Shown here in pieces: positions 44,330-55,077 of a stretch of 64,000 nucleotides of DNA. The position numbers were made by a program, and so were the translations under genes. The notes under the pieces are model-generated. The model worked only from the letters and a program-made list of their open reading frames with translations. It was not told the DNA's origin and searched no databases. The number at the start of each line of letters is the position of its first letter. Position 1 is the stretch's first letter. Source of the stretch: Promethearchaeota archaeon. Its GTDB lineage: Archaea; Asgardarchaeota; Heimdallarchaeia; Hodarchaeales; Hodarchaeaceae. The DNA is taken from positions 31,782 to 95,781 of the forward strand of contig JBHLPG010000001.1 in the NCBI GenBank assembly GCA_048939725.1, in the 5' to 3' direction.

Positions 44330-46852
44330 ATGTCTCATAATTCTCTTTCATCTGAAACTGATTATTTCGTGCTAAGTACAGTATACGATGCTGAAACTAA
44401 TGGTGCTGGTATCAAATTATATGACGTGAAAAACAAAAAAGTAATCTATACAACCGATACATATGGTCATGAACCATATTGTTTTAGCTGTGAACCTATA
44501 GAGAAGATCCAAGCAATTAATTTTCCTCCTAAAACAGTTAAAAGAATTGAAACCGTGGTAAAGAGAAATCTCCTATTAGAAAGTGATTCTTCTTTAACAA
44601 AAATCATTACCCCCACTCCAAGTGAGGTTCCTAAAGTTAGAGATATTGTTGGAGAAACATGGGAATCCAGAATCAAATATCATCGGAATTGGATTTATGA
44701 TATTCAAATTGTTCCAGGTAGAAGGTACTGGTGGGATCCTGACCAAAACAGATTCATTCCCTCTCAAAGTATGAGTCATGGTTTAGATATTCCCAAATCT
44801 GTGAGTGACCAGTTATCCCAATATTCTGGTCTTCTCGAGGTTTTTCGTGATGATTTTATCCAAGAAATTCCTGAGATGCCAATAGTGGCATGTGACATAG
44901 AAACAGAGTCAATAGAGGGACAAATTCCTCAAGCAGCTGATCCAAAATATCCAATAATTTGTATCTGTTTTGCTGACAATCAAGGAAAAGAGATTGCTCT
45001 GGTTTTGAATCAGAAGGATAGAGAAAAAGGGATTAAATCCAAGAACATATCACCTCATCTCCAAATTGAGAGGTTTGATGCTGAAGAAGACCTCTTAAGA
45101 CGAAGTTTTGAGATTTTAAAACAATATACCATTATCACGACCTTCAACGGAGATAATTTTGATTTTCCGTACCTACACGAACGGGCCAAATTTCTAGCAA
45201 AACAACTGAAAATTCGTATATACAGCCCAATTAAATGGAATCGTCGTGATAAAAGCTGTGATTTTAAATTTGGATTGCATTTAGATCTCTATAGATTTTA
45301 CCACAATGTTGCTATTCGAACATATGCGTTTGGGAATCGATATCAGGAGGAGACACTTGATGCTATTGCTCAAGCAATACTGGGTGAGGGTAAAGTTGCT
45401 TTAGAAAAAGAGATTTTTGAGCTCTCAGAATGGGATCTGATTTATTATTGCTCAAAAGATGCAAAACTCACATTAGACCTGCTATTATTTGAGAATCAAA
45501 CTCCCCTAAATCTGATGTTCATCTTATCTCGAATTTCTAGAACACCGATTGATAATCTAGTTCGAACCAGTGTATCAAACTGGGTAAGAAGTCTATTCTT
45601 TTATGAACATCGTCGTCGTGGATATCTCATTCCAAATCCAGAGGATATTCAGATAGCTAAAGGGACACAAGCTAGTTCACAAGCAATAATTAAAGGGAAA
45701 AAATACAAAGGTGCAACAGTCATTGATCCAATCCCTGGGATTCATTTTAATGTCGCGGTTCTCGACTTCGCCTCCTTGTATCCTTCCATTATTTCAACCT
45801 TCAATCTGAGCTATGAGACACTTTTATGCAATCATAAAGAATGTCAACAGAATAAAGTTCCTCAAACGGGATATTGGGTCTGTGAACATAATCGGGGAAT
45901 TGTAGCGGATATAATTGGCTTTATAAAGGATATTAGGGTTCAATGGTTAAAGCCTGAATCAAAAAAAGAGAGTACGCAGAAAGAATTTTATCAAATCTTA
46001 GAAAGAAGTCTAAAAGTTCTCATTAATGCGTCCTACGGTGTTCTTGGTAGTGACAGATTTCAATTTTATTGCCTTCCAGTTGCAGATGCAACAACGGCAT
46101 ATGGACGTGATTCTATTGAGAAAGCGATCCAGAAATCCCAAGCTTTAGGTATCACCGTATTATATGGAGACACTGACAGTCTCTTTCTTCAAAATCCAGC
46201 AAAAGAACAAATTGATGAAATTATACAATGGAGTAAGGAGGAGCTTGGTGTGGGGTTAGAAATGGAGAAGACTTATCGGTATTTGGTTCTTTCAGAGCGG
46301 AAGAAGAATTATTTTGGAGTTTATCCCGATTCAAGTGTTGAAGTAAAAGGATTAATGGGAAAGAAGAGAAATACTCCACCATTTTTGCAGAAAGGATTCA
46401 AAGAGGTTTTAGCCATTCTAGCTCAGGTGACAACCAAAGAAGAGTTTGATGAAGCCAAAAAACAGGTTATTATCCTAATTAGAGGTATCTATCAGAACTT
46501 AGAGAAAAAAGAGTATTCAGCAGCAGATTTAGCTATTACTACCCAACTTACCCAACCCATACATCGCTACAAAGTCCAAGCACAACATGTAAAAGCAGCA
46601 GCTCAGTTAAATGATTATTATAAGAAAAAGAATATGGATTTGATAAAAGCAGGTCAATTGATTCGTTTTGTGAAAACCCGAACTTCAGATCGTGTTACTC
46701 CCCTCCTTCTAATGACTGATACATCAAAAGTCGATGTAAAAACTTACAAGTCTATGGTAGATTCGACTTTTGATCAATTATTCGGAGCACTAGATATCGA
46801 AGTGGATGAGATTGCAACAGGACAAGTGAATTTAATGGAATTCTTTAGCTAA
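44330..46852 (+). CDS. polB: family B DNA polymerase
   Basis: 840 aa. Exo I (VACDIETES), Exo II (NGDNFDFPYL), Exo III (YYCSKDAKL), Pol A (DFASLYPSII), Pol B (KVLINASYGVLG), Pol C (YGDTDS). No intein. Confidence 0.95.
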   Translation: MSHNSLSSETDYFVLSTVYDAETNGAGIKLYDVKNKKVIYTTDTYGHEPYCFSCEPIEKIQAINFPPKTVKRIETVVKRNLLLESDSSLTKIITPTPSEVPKVRDIVGETWESRIKYHRNWIYDIQIVPGRRYWWDPDQNRFIPSQSMSHGLDIPKSVSDQLSQYSGLLEVFRDDFIQEIPEMPIVACDIETESIEGQIPQAADPKYPIICICFADNQGKEIALVLNQKDREKGIKSKNISPHLQIERFDAEEDLLRRSFEILKQYTIITTFNGDNFDFPYLHERAKFLAKQLKIRIYSPIKWNRRDKSCDFKFGLHLDLYRFYHNVAIRTYAFGNRYQEETLDAIAQAILGEGKVALEKEIFELSEWDLIYYCSKDAKLTLDLLLFENQTPLNLMFILSRISRTPIDNLVRTSVSNWVRSLFFYEHRRRGYLIPNPEDIQIAKGTQASSQAIIKGKKYKGATVIDPIPGIHFNVAVLDFASLYPSIISTFNLSYETLLCNHKECQQNKVPQTGYWVCEHNRGIVADIIGFIKDIRVQWLKPESKKESTQKEFYQILERSLKVLINASYGVLGSDRFQFYCLPVADATTAYGRDSIEKAIQKSQALGITVLYGDTDSLFLQNPAKEQIDEIIQWSKEELGVGLEMEKTYRYLVLSERKKNYFGVYPDSSVEVKGLMGKKRNTPPFLQKGFKEVLAILAQVTTKEEFDEAKKQVIILIRGIYQNLEKKEYSAADLAITTQLTQPIHRYKVQAQHVKAAAQLNDYYKKKNMDLIKAGQLIRFVKTRTSDRVTPLLLMTDTSKVDVKTYKSMVDSTFDQLFGALDIEVDEIATGQVNLMEFFS

Positions 46853-48221
46853 GCTTTCCAAGTTTAAAGATGGAGAAACCTTCAGTTTGATTGAGGTGGG
46901 GAAAAAGACGTTGAGCAAGGGGGAATTCGGAGCTAGGTGTTCCAATGAAGATCTTCTGTTGTTGTAAGAAAAATTCTGGATGAGTTGTGAGAAATTTTTG
47001 AATTACTGATTCATTTTCTATTGGATGCAAAGAACAGGTAGCATATACTAAAGATGCACTGGGACTATTCTTGAGCTTCATAGAAGCATTTGATAATAGA
47101 GTGTATTGTAAATTACCTAACCATTTGGTTTGATGACGATCAACGCGCCATTTAGCGTCAGGTCGGGATGCAAAGGTTCCTGATCCAGAACAAGGAGCAT
47201 CAACTAAAATTTTATCAAATTCAACCTGAATGTTTAATCCTAAGCGAAGATCATAAAGTATAGGAGAGATACTCTTTAACCGAAAAAGTTTTGCTTTTGT
47301 TACTAGTTCAGATAATCTTCTGAAGTGATTGTCTAAGGCAATAATCCTTCCAGAATCTTCTTGTAAAGCTGCGATGTGAAAAGTTTTTCCACCAGGAGCA
47401 GCGCAAGCATCTAAGACCGTTTCATCTTTTTGTGGATCCAAAATATGAGAAATAAGTGCAGATCCTTTGTTTTGCATATAATAATATCCTTGAGCGAAAG
47501 ATTTCAGGCGAGGGATAGGAATTTTCCATGAGGTAACTTTCACGACGTCATAAAGGTGAGGGTCTTGCTCATATTCTACTTTTTCTTCGCTTAATTTTTC
47601 AAAGATTTCAGTTTTGTCATAATTCAATAAATTTAGTCTTAAATAAACTGGTAGAATCATATTGTTCGATTTTAATATTTTTTCAGTTGTTTCTAATCCA
47701 TAAAAAGCGATCCAATCACGTACTAACCAAGTAGGATGAGCGAATTTGACAGATATTCTTTCTTCAGGATCCTCTATTGTCTCGAGGAGTAAATCTAAAT
47801 GCCAAGATTTTAGATTTTCAAGGTAATTTTCGAGCAAAGACGCTAATTTTGGATCCTGAACTGAATTAAGAATCAACCCATGGATTTCTTCCTGAAAATG
47901 AGGAGTATCAAAATTTGGTGAAATAGTTAAACAATAGGTAACAACCCTTAGAAGGTTTCTTAGGTCTGATGAAATTTTATTTGAAAGAAATCGCTGAAAA
48001 TGGGTATGAATAACTCTATTAAGCACGTTATGATGTCTTACTGTCTCAAAAACTAACGCGTGAATTAGTGAGTATGTATCTGGGGTCGCATTGTCTAAAA
48101 AATCGGGAAGAATCTTCATGGCATTTCGTAAGGATACTTGTTTTTCCTCGTAATAGGAAATTATAGTTGTTGCTGCCTTGATAATTGTTAAACGATTATT
48201 TGAATCGTTAGAAAGACTCAA
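46845..48221 (-). CDS. NOL1/NOP2/Sun-family RNA cytosine-C5 methyltransferase
   Basis: 458 aa. DACAAPGGKT, DAPCSGSG and YATCS motifs, with a NusB-like N-terminal region. Confidence 0.88.
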   Translation of the reverse strand: MSLSNDSNNRLTIIKAATTIISYYEEKQVSLRNAMKILPDFLDNATPDTYSLIHALVFETVRHHNVLNRVIHTHFQRFLSNKISSDLRNLLRVVTYCLTISPNFDTPHFQEEIHGLILNSVQDPKLASLLENYLENLKSWHLDLLLETIEDPEERISVKFAHPTWLVRDWIAFYGLETTEKILKSNNMILPVYLRLNLLNYDKTEIFEKLSEEKVEYEQDPHLYDVVKVTSWKIPIPRLKSFAQGYYYMQNKGSALISHILDPQKDETVLDACAAPGGKTFHIAALQEDSGRIIALDNHFRRLSELVTKAKLFRLKSISPILYDLRLGLNIQVEFDKILVDAPCSGSGTFASRPDAKWRVDRHQTKWLGNLQYTLLSNASMKLKNSPSASLVYATCSLHPIENESVIQKFLTTHPEFFLQQQKIFIGTPSSEFPLAQRLFPHLNQTEGFSIFKLGKLS

Positions 48222-48246
48222 GTATGCTCAACTATCCTTTGGGATT

Positions 48247-49353
48247 TTAATTACTATTTATTTGATTTTTAAGCAATTTCCCATCATAAATTATCCCTTT
48301 AAAGGTCGCTCCTTCAGAAAAGTGGGGAATTTCTGAAGAATCAATGAAAATAATTTCATAGCTATTTGTATCCATTATTTGAGCTAATTTTCCTCCTTCT
48401 TCAAAATTCACTAATTGAAAATGTTGAACCTCTTTTTCTAAATCCTTCAGTTCAGCTGATAAGAAAGATTTTATTGGAATCTTCTCCTTCCTCCTTTTAG
48501 TAAAATCCCAATATTCCACTTTTGAGTTGTAGTTTAAAATTTGGACAGGTTGATGGTTATATAATATTATCTCTCCTGGATCAAATTTCGGCATGGTAAT
48601 CAATACTACTGGTTTCCGTGGATATTCCTTGGATTTAGATTTGTCAAATCCAGCAAACTCTGTGGTTACACTAATAATCCCTCCAAATTTCTTTATGAAC
48701 TCTCGCCCTACAAAGTTTGCAGCTGGTTTGGATCGAAAAAGAGCATCTATTCCTGATTTCAAGAAATTAATCTTAAATATTGGGTTCTTTCTATCTGTTA
48801 GAGAATATGCATGGCTTATTTGTTTCAGTTCTTCACTCCAAATTTCTAATTGTTGGGTAGGAAGATTTTCCTTGGGGGAACGGATTTGGATTTTTGACAT
48901 ATAGGAACCTGCGAGACGAGTTCGACACTCTGTACAATCTCCCCATTCAATCCGTATTGTAAAATCCTCCAAAATTGTCATTAAAGGAACAAATGCATCA
49001 GGGCTCGCGCTAATGGCTACTGTACCAGTAATAACCGACTTATAGCTTTCATCGTCTAAATTAATAACTAATTCTTGAATTTTAATTTCTTTTGGCCTAT
49101 AATTATAATCCCACTCATGAGAGAAAAGTGTAGATAATTTTATGTTTGCCTCTGGTTTCTCTAAATCAGTTAAATAGATATTAGACCATTGTCCTCTTAT
49201 AGAAAGTAATTCACAGCTTTCGCAGACTGTGATATTCATTTCTTTCTTTTTTAACAAGATAGGATGACTTTCTAAATAGCAATTCTGACATAAATGATTG
49301 AAGAAGATGTTAGTTGAACCACATGAAATGCAGATAGATGCTTGCTTACCCAA
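48247..49353 (-). CDS. nmd3: NMD3-family protein (60S subunit biogenesis/export factor homolog)
   Basis: 368 aa. N-terminal CxxC clusters (CISCGS...CQNCY...CESC...CTEC) and a length typical of archaeal NMD3. Confidence 0.6.
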   Translation of the reverse strand: MGKQASICISCGSTNIFFNHLCQNCYLESHPILLKKKEMNITVCESCELLSIRGQWSNIYLTDLEKPEANIKLSTLFSHEWDYNYRPKEIKIQELVINLDDESYKSVITGTVAISASPDAFVPLMTILEDFTIRIEWGDCTECRTRLAGSYMSKIQIRSPKENLPTQQLEIWSEELKQISHAYSLTDRKNPIFKINFLKSGIDALFRSKPAANFVGREFIKKFGGIISVTTEFAGFDKSKSKEYPRKPVVLITMPKFDPGEIILYNHQPVQILNYNSKVEYWDFTKRRKEKIPIKSFLSAELKDLEKEVQHFQLVNFEEGGKLAQIMDTNSYEIIFIDSSEIPHFSEGATFKGIIYDGKLLKNQINSN

Positions 49354-49372
49354 TGAAAAATCCTCTATTATA

Positions 49373-49750
49373 TTAGATGGGAGGGATTGAGAAAATTAGC
49401 AGATGAGGGATTTTCTTTCCTTCTGATGTAGTAAACCAAATAATGGCATCCTCATTGATGAGATTTTCCTGAATACCAAGTTCGAGGACGGAACCTACAG
49501 CATTTACATTGGCATAATTGCTTATTAAACGCAGAGCATCATTTGGTGAAATTTCTTGACCTCGATAAAAATCGGTTGGGATTTTCATACGTGCTTTTTC
49601 ATTAAATATTTCTTGACCTAACAGTGATTCATCACACAATGCTAAGATTTCAGTTTTATTCTTTCGATGAATCTTGAAATACACACGAGGAGACGATGAG
49701 GTGTACTGAGAAGAGTTATTTAACCGCGACACGAGCACCACATGCTTCAC
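49373..49750 (-). CDS. DUF424-family protein
   Basis: 125 aa. The pattern LALCDESLLGQEI...FYRGQEIS...NAVGSVLE...IPHLLIF is typical of DUF424, which commonly follows the aIF2-beta gene in archaea. The start is uncertain (GTG inside the upstream gene). Confidence 0.45.
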   Translation of the reverse strand: MKHVVLVSRLNNSSQYTSSSPRVYFKIHRKNKTEILALCDESLLGQEIFNEKARMKIPTDFYRGQEISPNDALRLISNYANVNAVGSVLELGIQENLINEDAIIWFTTSEGKKIPHLLIFSIPPI

Positions 49751-50132
49751 AAACTTTGATTAAAATACGCCCCTCTTTGATAAGCTTTGTATCGGGTTTA
49801 CCACATTCTTCACACAATACAAATTCTTTCACATAAGCTTCTAATTCTCGATTTATCAAACTCCCAGAGAACTTACCCTGTAAGCATAATCGGCCTCTCT
49901 CTTCAGTCGAAGATGTAGCAAATTCCCTTGCTAAGTGTTTAGCTAGATGATCAGAATCATTTTCTCTATTCAAGACCTTTAAAATCCGATTCCAGTCAGT
50001 TATCCATGTTTTATTCCCTTCTTTGAAAACATCAGCTTGGGGAATTTGAAATCGAGATTTTTCAAACACATGAGCTGGGAGGTTTTTTCTGGCCCGTTTA
50101 AGCGCTGCGATGTATTCCTTTTCTGCTGTCAT
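49716..50132 (-). CDS. eif2b: translation initiation factor aIF2 beta
   Basis: 138 aa. C-terminal Zn ribbon CEECGKPDT...CEACGA after the conserved central domain. Confidence 0.9.
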   Translation of the reverse strand: MTAEKEYIAALKRARKNLPAHVFEKSRFQIPQADVFKEGNKTWITDWNRILKVLNRENDSDHLAKHLAREFATSSTEERGRLCLQGKFSGSLINRELEAYVKEFVLCEECGKPDTKLIKEGRILIKVCEACGARVAVK

Positions 50133-50266
50133 ATAATTCCAGATTCCTTGGATATGAATTTGTTAGAGTGATTTAGAGATGATTTTCCATACAATTTCTC
50201 TTGACAGGAGCGGATCCAACTACCTTTTTAATCCTCTCCCTAAGAAGTTTTAATAAGCTGGTTGAT

Positions 50267-51058
50267 ATGAAACGTCGAAAAGAACACCGACAAGTGTTTG
50301 AATTAATCAAAAACTGCGATTTGGTCCTAGAAGTAATTGATGGGCGGTTACCACTACTTAGTCGGGTGTCATTAATAGAAAACCATCTTGAAAAAATTGG
50401 CATTCCTCTTATTATTGTACTAAATAAGTGTGACTTAGTTCCCCACCATATTTGTGAACATACAAAAAAAATCTTAGGCCAAGAATATCCAACGGTTTAT
50501 ATCTCTGCTCAGAAGCGTCAGGGTACAAAAATTCTAAGGCAAGAAATTGTAAAGCATACAAAAAAGAAGAAAGAAATACTAATATCAGTTGTTGGTATCC
50601 CTAATACGGGAAAAAGTAGTCTTTTGAATATTTTAAGAGGAAAACATGTCGCTCCTACAGGGATGAAACCTGGCGTAACACGGCACTTGCAAATCATACG
50701 TATATCACAAAAAGTCCTATTGTATGATACACCAGGAGTTATTCCATTTGATCATCCTAATGAAGAGCTTCAAGTTTTTATGGGAGCCCTCTCTATTGAT
50801 AATCTCGCAGATCCTTTGAAAACCTCATTTTATTTTATTGATCGAATACGAGACCATTATTCAGAGGGTTTCGTTAAGCGCTATAATATTCCTTCTCTGA
50901 CTATGGATAATAAAGCGATACTTACTCATATTGCACACCAGCGACGAATGCTTTTGAAAGGTGCTCAACCTAATATTACCGAAGCTGCAAAAGTATTAAT
51001 GCGAGAGTTTACAGGAGGAATTTTCCCATATTGGGAGAAAATAAGTGAAAAAAAATAG
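50267..51058 (+). CDS. circularly permuted YlqF/RbgA (Lsg1/Nug-like) ribosome-biogenesis GTPase
   Basis: G4 (NKCDL) precedes G1 (GIPNTGKSSLLN) and G3 (DTPG). Start taken at MKRRKEH. The ORF track extends to 50201. Confidence 0.8.
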   Translation: MKRRKEHRQVFELIKNCDLVLEVIDGRLPLLSRVSLIENHLEKIGIPLIIVLNKCDLVPHHICEHTKKILGQEYPTVYISAQKRQGTKILRQEIVKHTKKKKEILISVVGIPNTGKSSLLNILRGKHVAPTGMKPGVTRHLQIIRISQKVLLYDTPGVIPFDHPNEELQVFMGALSIDNLADPLKTSFYFIDRIRDHYSEGFVKRYNIPSLTMDNKAILTHIAHQRRMLLKGAQPNITEAAKVLMREFTGGIFPYWEKISEKK

Positions 51059-51271
51059 GAGCTTCCAATAGATAATGATGAGATAACATGTTACATCCCA
51101 TTATTCCTCATTTTCGGAATATAAATAAAGAATTGAGCTTTTTCCCATCTCCTTTGAGAAGGAATTCGAAAAGTAAATTTTAACCTATTTCTTACGTCAG
51201 AACGAAACAATTTTGAGAAAAATATTTGATAAGATTTATTCAATTGATTGGTGCTTTTTCGGTGTAAAATT

Positions 51272-52705
51272 ATGACAGACGAGTCTTCTTATTCAATTAT
51301 AACGTATTCCACTGTTTCAGCAATTACTGGGCCCTTAATCTTCGTCAAAGACATCAAGGGAATTTCTTATGGTGAAATAGTCAGTGTCTTAGCTCCCAAT
51401 AATGAAAAGCGAACTGGTCAAGTTTTAGAAGTATCTGAAGATATTGCTGTGGTTCAGGTTTTTGAAGGAACCCAAGGTCTTGATACTCACAAGACATCTG
51501 TTAGATTTCTTGGTGAAACCATTAAAATTGCGGTATCACAAGATATGCTTGGTCGAATATTTTCTGGAAGTGGAAAGATTATCGATTCAGGGCCTCAAAT
51601 TTTTGCTGAAGAGCATCTAGATATAACAGGAGCCCCTATTAACCCATATGCGCGAGAATATCCAAGGGAGTTCATCCAGACGGGAATATCATCAATTGAC
51701 GGCTTAAATACACTCATAAGAGGGCAGAAATTACCAATTTTTTCTGGCAGTGGCCTTCCTCATAATAACATTGCAGCCCAAATAGCTAGGCAGGCAAAGG
51801 TATTGGGGAAAGAAGAAGAATTTGCGGTAATTTTTGCCGCAATGGGAATTACCACAGAAGAAGCACGGTTTTTTCGCTCTGATTTCGAAACCACAGGCGC
51901 ATTAGAGCGAGTTATTTTATTTTTAAATCTTGCAGACTCCCCCGCAGCTGAAAGATTAATAACTCCTCGAATTGCTCTTTCCGTTGCTGAATATTTAGCT
52001 TTTGAGTATGATTACCATTGTTTAGTTATCCTTACAGACATGACTAATTACGCAGAAGCTCTCCGGGAAATATCAGCAGCAAGAGAAGAAGTTCCTGGAC
52101 GTCGTGGATATCCAGGCTACCTCTATACAGACCTTGCTACCATCTATGAGCGAGCTGGTCGAATAAAAGGAAAGAAAGGAACGATTACACAACTTCCGAT
52201 ATTATCAATGCCTTCTGACGATATTACTCACCCCATTCCTGATCTTTCAGGCTATATTACGGAGGGACAGTTAATTATTGACAGAGATCTCAATCGTAGA
52301 GGAGTTTACCCACCTATTGATCCAATGCCTAGTCTCAGTCGATTAATGCGAGAGGGAATCGGTCGAAATAGAACACATGTGACCCATAAACCAGTTGCAG
52401 ACCAGATGTTTGCTGGTTATTCAATGGGAAGAAATCTCCGTGATCTTGTAGCAGTGGTTGGAGAAGAAAGTTTAACGAGTGTTGACAAGAAATATTTAGA
52501 ATTCGCTGATAGATTTGAAAAAGAATTTCTACAACAAGGATATTATGAAGCAAGGGAGATTTTTTACACATTAGAATTAGCATGGAACTTATTATCGGAT
52601 CTCCCAGAAGATGAATTAAAGCGTATTCCTCCGAAAATGTTAAAAACGTATCATCCACAGTATCGTGGCGAAAAAAACCTGTCTATTGATGATCCAGAGC
52701 CATAA
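51272..52705 (+). CDS. atpB: A/V-type ATP synthase subunit B (non-catalytic)
   Basis: [17 protein letters not shown]-terminus. [18 protein letters not shown] replaces a P-loop, as in B subunits. No atpA or other atp genes flank it. Confidence 0.92.
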   Translation: MTDESSYSIITYSTVSAITGPLIFVKDIKGISYGEIVSVLAPNNEKRTGQVLEVSEDIAVVQVFEGTQGLDTHKTSVRFLGETIKIAVSQDMLGRIFSGSGKIIDSGPQIFAEEHLDITGAPINPYAREYPREFIQTGISSIDGLNTLIRGQKLPIFSGSGLPHNNIAAQIARQAKVLGKEEEFAVIFAAMGITTEEARFFRSDFETTGALERVILFLNLADSPAAERLITPRIALSVAEYLAFEYDYHCLVILTDMTNYAEALREISAAREEVPGRRGYPGYLYTDLATIYERAGRIKGKKGTITQLPILSMPSDDITHPIPDLSGYITEGQLIIDRDLNRRGVYPPIDPMPSLSRLMREGIGRNRTHVTHKPVADQMFAGYSMGRNLRDLVAVVGEESLTSVDKKYLEFADRFEKEFLQQGYYEAREIFYTLELAWNLLSDLPEDELKRIPPKMLKTYHPQYRGEKNLSIDDPEP

Positions 52706-52895
52706 TGATATTTGAAGTTCCTTCGGTTGAATTATCATTCTTAAAAAATGTTGAATGAGTCATTCAATCCATAAAGAATCAGTAATAATCAATTAATTGG
52801 GAAAGCTATTAATATAAATTGATATACTTTAAAGAAAAAATAGAAGAATATTTGGTATTATTTAATAACTAGCTAACAAAGTTAACACAAATCTC

Positions 52896-54173
52896 TTGTT
52901 AGACCAAAGGATGACGCAGGTTATGGTTAGTTGGAAGGTTAACTTCGCCCTAGGCGGAGTTGACGAAGAAATCGATCTGTTTGACACTGAGACTCTCGTT
53001 GATTGGGATCCAGAATTCAAGGGTGAATTGATCGCTGGATTTTTCAAAACAGATTACACTTGGATCCAAGCACTTAAATCGATATCTCGGGATAATCTGA
53101 ACGTTCAGCCCATAAATTTCTTTATGGTTGTTGGTCGGAAATGGGGAGAGTCCAAGACAAGAAGTATCCCATTAGGAGTACTTTTAGAATTTACAGAGGG
53201 TGATTTACGACTCCGTGGAGTAGGTCCCAAAAGCTTATCGGATAAAGCAGGTGGAGATAGTAATCTTTTATTGAACCTAGTTTCAGATTTGTTTGATAAG
53301 CCTGATTTGTGGAAGAGTAAAATAATAATTTCCGCTAAGCCTAAAAGGGAATGGAAAATAATCAGTGATATTATTGGAGAAGAACCTTGGCTTCTGATAG
53401 AACAAGGCAGAAAGATTATGAAAACAGACCCAAGGAAAGCCATGGAGAATTTTACAAAAGCTTACAAGATATTTGACATTTTAACCGATATAAATGGTAA
53501 GTTTCATGCTGTATTCGCTCAATCAGAGCTATCTCTCGATTCCATGAATTTTGATCTAACGAAAAATCGTTTGGAAGCACTTTGGGAGTTTACAAGCCAA
53601 TTAGGCGATCCAATGCTTGAAGAAAATATTTTATCATCTGAAGGTATTCTTCTATATGAAAATAATTTATACGAACAGGCCATTGTAAAGTTTGAGCAAG
53701 CACTTGAACGTGCTAAACGGGCTAATATTCATAGAGCGGTTGTTAACGCATATTGCAATATTGGGGAGTGTTACTACCGCGTGAAAAAATATGATGAAGC
53801 AATGAAAAACTTCGATAAATCTCGATCTTTAGCTGAATCAAGACAGGATCGTTATTCTCTTGCTATCTCACAGGTTAATATGGCTAAAGTATTAGGCCAG
53901 TATATACGACAAGGGGATAGTTCCAGTGTTGCTCAAGCATCCTATTATCTTGAAGAAGCTATCCAGCATTTTGAAAGTCTTGAGGATATGAGGGGATTGG
54001 TAATTGCTCAAGGTATCTTTGGTGAAATTGAAGCATTACAAGGAGGATTTGAGAAAGCTCTCATGCATTTTGAGTTTGCTGCAGAGAAGGCTCAAGCTAT
54101 AAATGAACACCAATTCCACGAATTCTACCGACAGAAAGTACAAGAAATGAAAGACCGATTGTACGAGCTATAA
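52896..54173 (+). CDS. TPR-repeat protein with an unassigned ~170-aa N-terminal domain
   Basis: 425 aa. The C-terminal half consists of TPR-like helical repeats (e.g. YEQAIVKFEQALERAKRA, YDEAMKNFDKSRSLAE, FEKALMHFEFAAEKAQ). TTG start, with ATG 52911 as an alternative. Confidence 0.7.
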   Translation: MLDQRMTQVMVSWKVNFALGGVDEEIDLFDTETLVDWDPEFKGELIAGFFKTDYTWIQALKSISRDNLNVQPINFFMVVGRKWGESKTRSIPLGVLLEFTEGDLRLRGVGPKSLSDKAGGDSNLLLNLVSDLFDKPDLWKSKIIISAKPKREWKIISDIIGEEPWLLIEQGRKIMKTDPRKAMENFTKAYKIFDILTDINGKFHAVFAQSELSLDSMNFDLTKNRLEALWEFTSQLGDPMLEENILSSEGILLYENNLYEQAIVKFEQALERAKRANIHRAVVNAYCNIGECYYRVKKYDEAMKNFDKSRSLAESRQDRYSLAISQVNMAKVLGQYIRQGDSSSVAQASYYLEEAIQHFESLEDMRGLVIAQGIFGEIEALQGGFEKALMHFEFAAEKAQAINEHQFHEFYRQKVQEMKDRLYEL

Positions 54174-54217
54174 TTTTCTATTGGCGCCTTTTCTTATTGA
54201 TGTTTAAGTTAAGACTG

Positions 54218-54622
54218 TTAACCAAGAATTTCAGCAATTTTTTTGGCAGATTGCTTCATGTCCAGAAATATTAATCCTAATTTCACAGAACGGCTGGCTG
54301 AAGTAGTTAATACTGCTTTTGATCCTGCCTGAACTGAAATTAGATATCCATTATCACCCTCAACTAAAATACGAGTCATTTCTCCCTTTCCTATTTCCAT
54401 CACAGCTCTTTCACCCAAGCTTAAGATAGCAGCTGTCATAGCTGCCACTCGTACATCATCTAAGCCTGATGGCAATGTTGGTGGCCAAGATGAAATTGGC
54501 AATCCCTCCAATGACACTACTGCAGCAAAATCTATGGCTGGCAGCTTACTCACGAAAGCTTCGAGTACTTCTGCTATTTCTTTATGTACCTGGGTATCTG
54601 TTTCACTATCTGGAATGTACAT
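54218..54622 (-). CDS. Roadblock/LC7 (MglB-fold) domain protein, minimal form
   Basis: 134 aa. FAAVVSLEGLPISSW...MTRILVEGDNGYLISVQAG fits the Roadblock/LC7 pattern. Confidence 0.75.
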   Translation of the reverse strand: MYIPDSETDTQVHKEIAEVLEAFVSKLPAIDFAAVVSLEGLPISSWPPTLPSGLDDVRVAAMTAAILSLGERAVMEIGKGEMTRILVEGDNGYLISVQAGSKAVLTTSASRSVKLGLIFLDMKQSAKKIAEILG

Positions 54623-55077
54623 TTGATATATCCCTTATATAAGTCATTCCTGTAACGTTTCTATTATTTTTTGCCTTATTAGTAAGATTATTACGAAATT
54701 TGCTTATCCTACGAGGATTTAATTTAATGAAAATTCTTACTTATAACGACTTACGTGAATTTTCTTATTATTATATATAAGAATTCTTATTCTTAAGTTC
54801 TTACCATAAACCAAGATTTAACATCCACTATCTATGAAAGCAGAACTATGTTAGAAAATAGAGTAGTGAAAAAAATAGGTTCCTGACATGTAGATAATAT
54901 CTCTTAAACAAAATAATATTCTATTTTATGGAGTCATAATCAATGAGTGTAGATTCTCAATTATTAATATTCTAATATGGTAAAATAACTAGCTGTTTTC
55001 ATCGGGAGATAATCCAAAATGAGAGAATGAATCATTCCAAAAAAAATACTTTGTAAAAAGCTCATTAATAGACCGGT

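Noticed and set aside
51070-51130. Possible C/D box sRNA (ATGATGA at ~51075 in the spacer upstream of atpB)
   Set aside because: No matching CTGA D box, C'/D' boxes or terminal stem within 50-70 nt. This is a single chance heptamer in AT-rich DNA.
54623-55077. AT-rich gap as a candidate replication origin
   Set aside because: No repeated ORB-like elements flanking an unwinding region and no orc1/cdc6 gene nearby. Only a short palindrome and low-complexity words are present.
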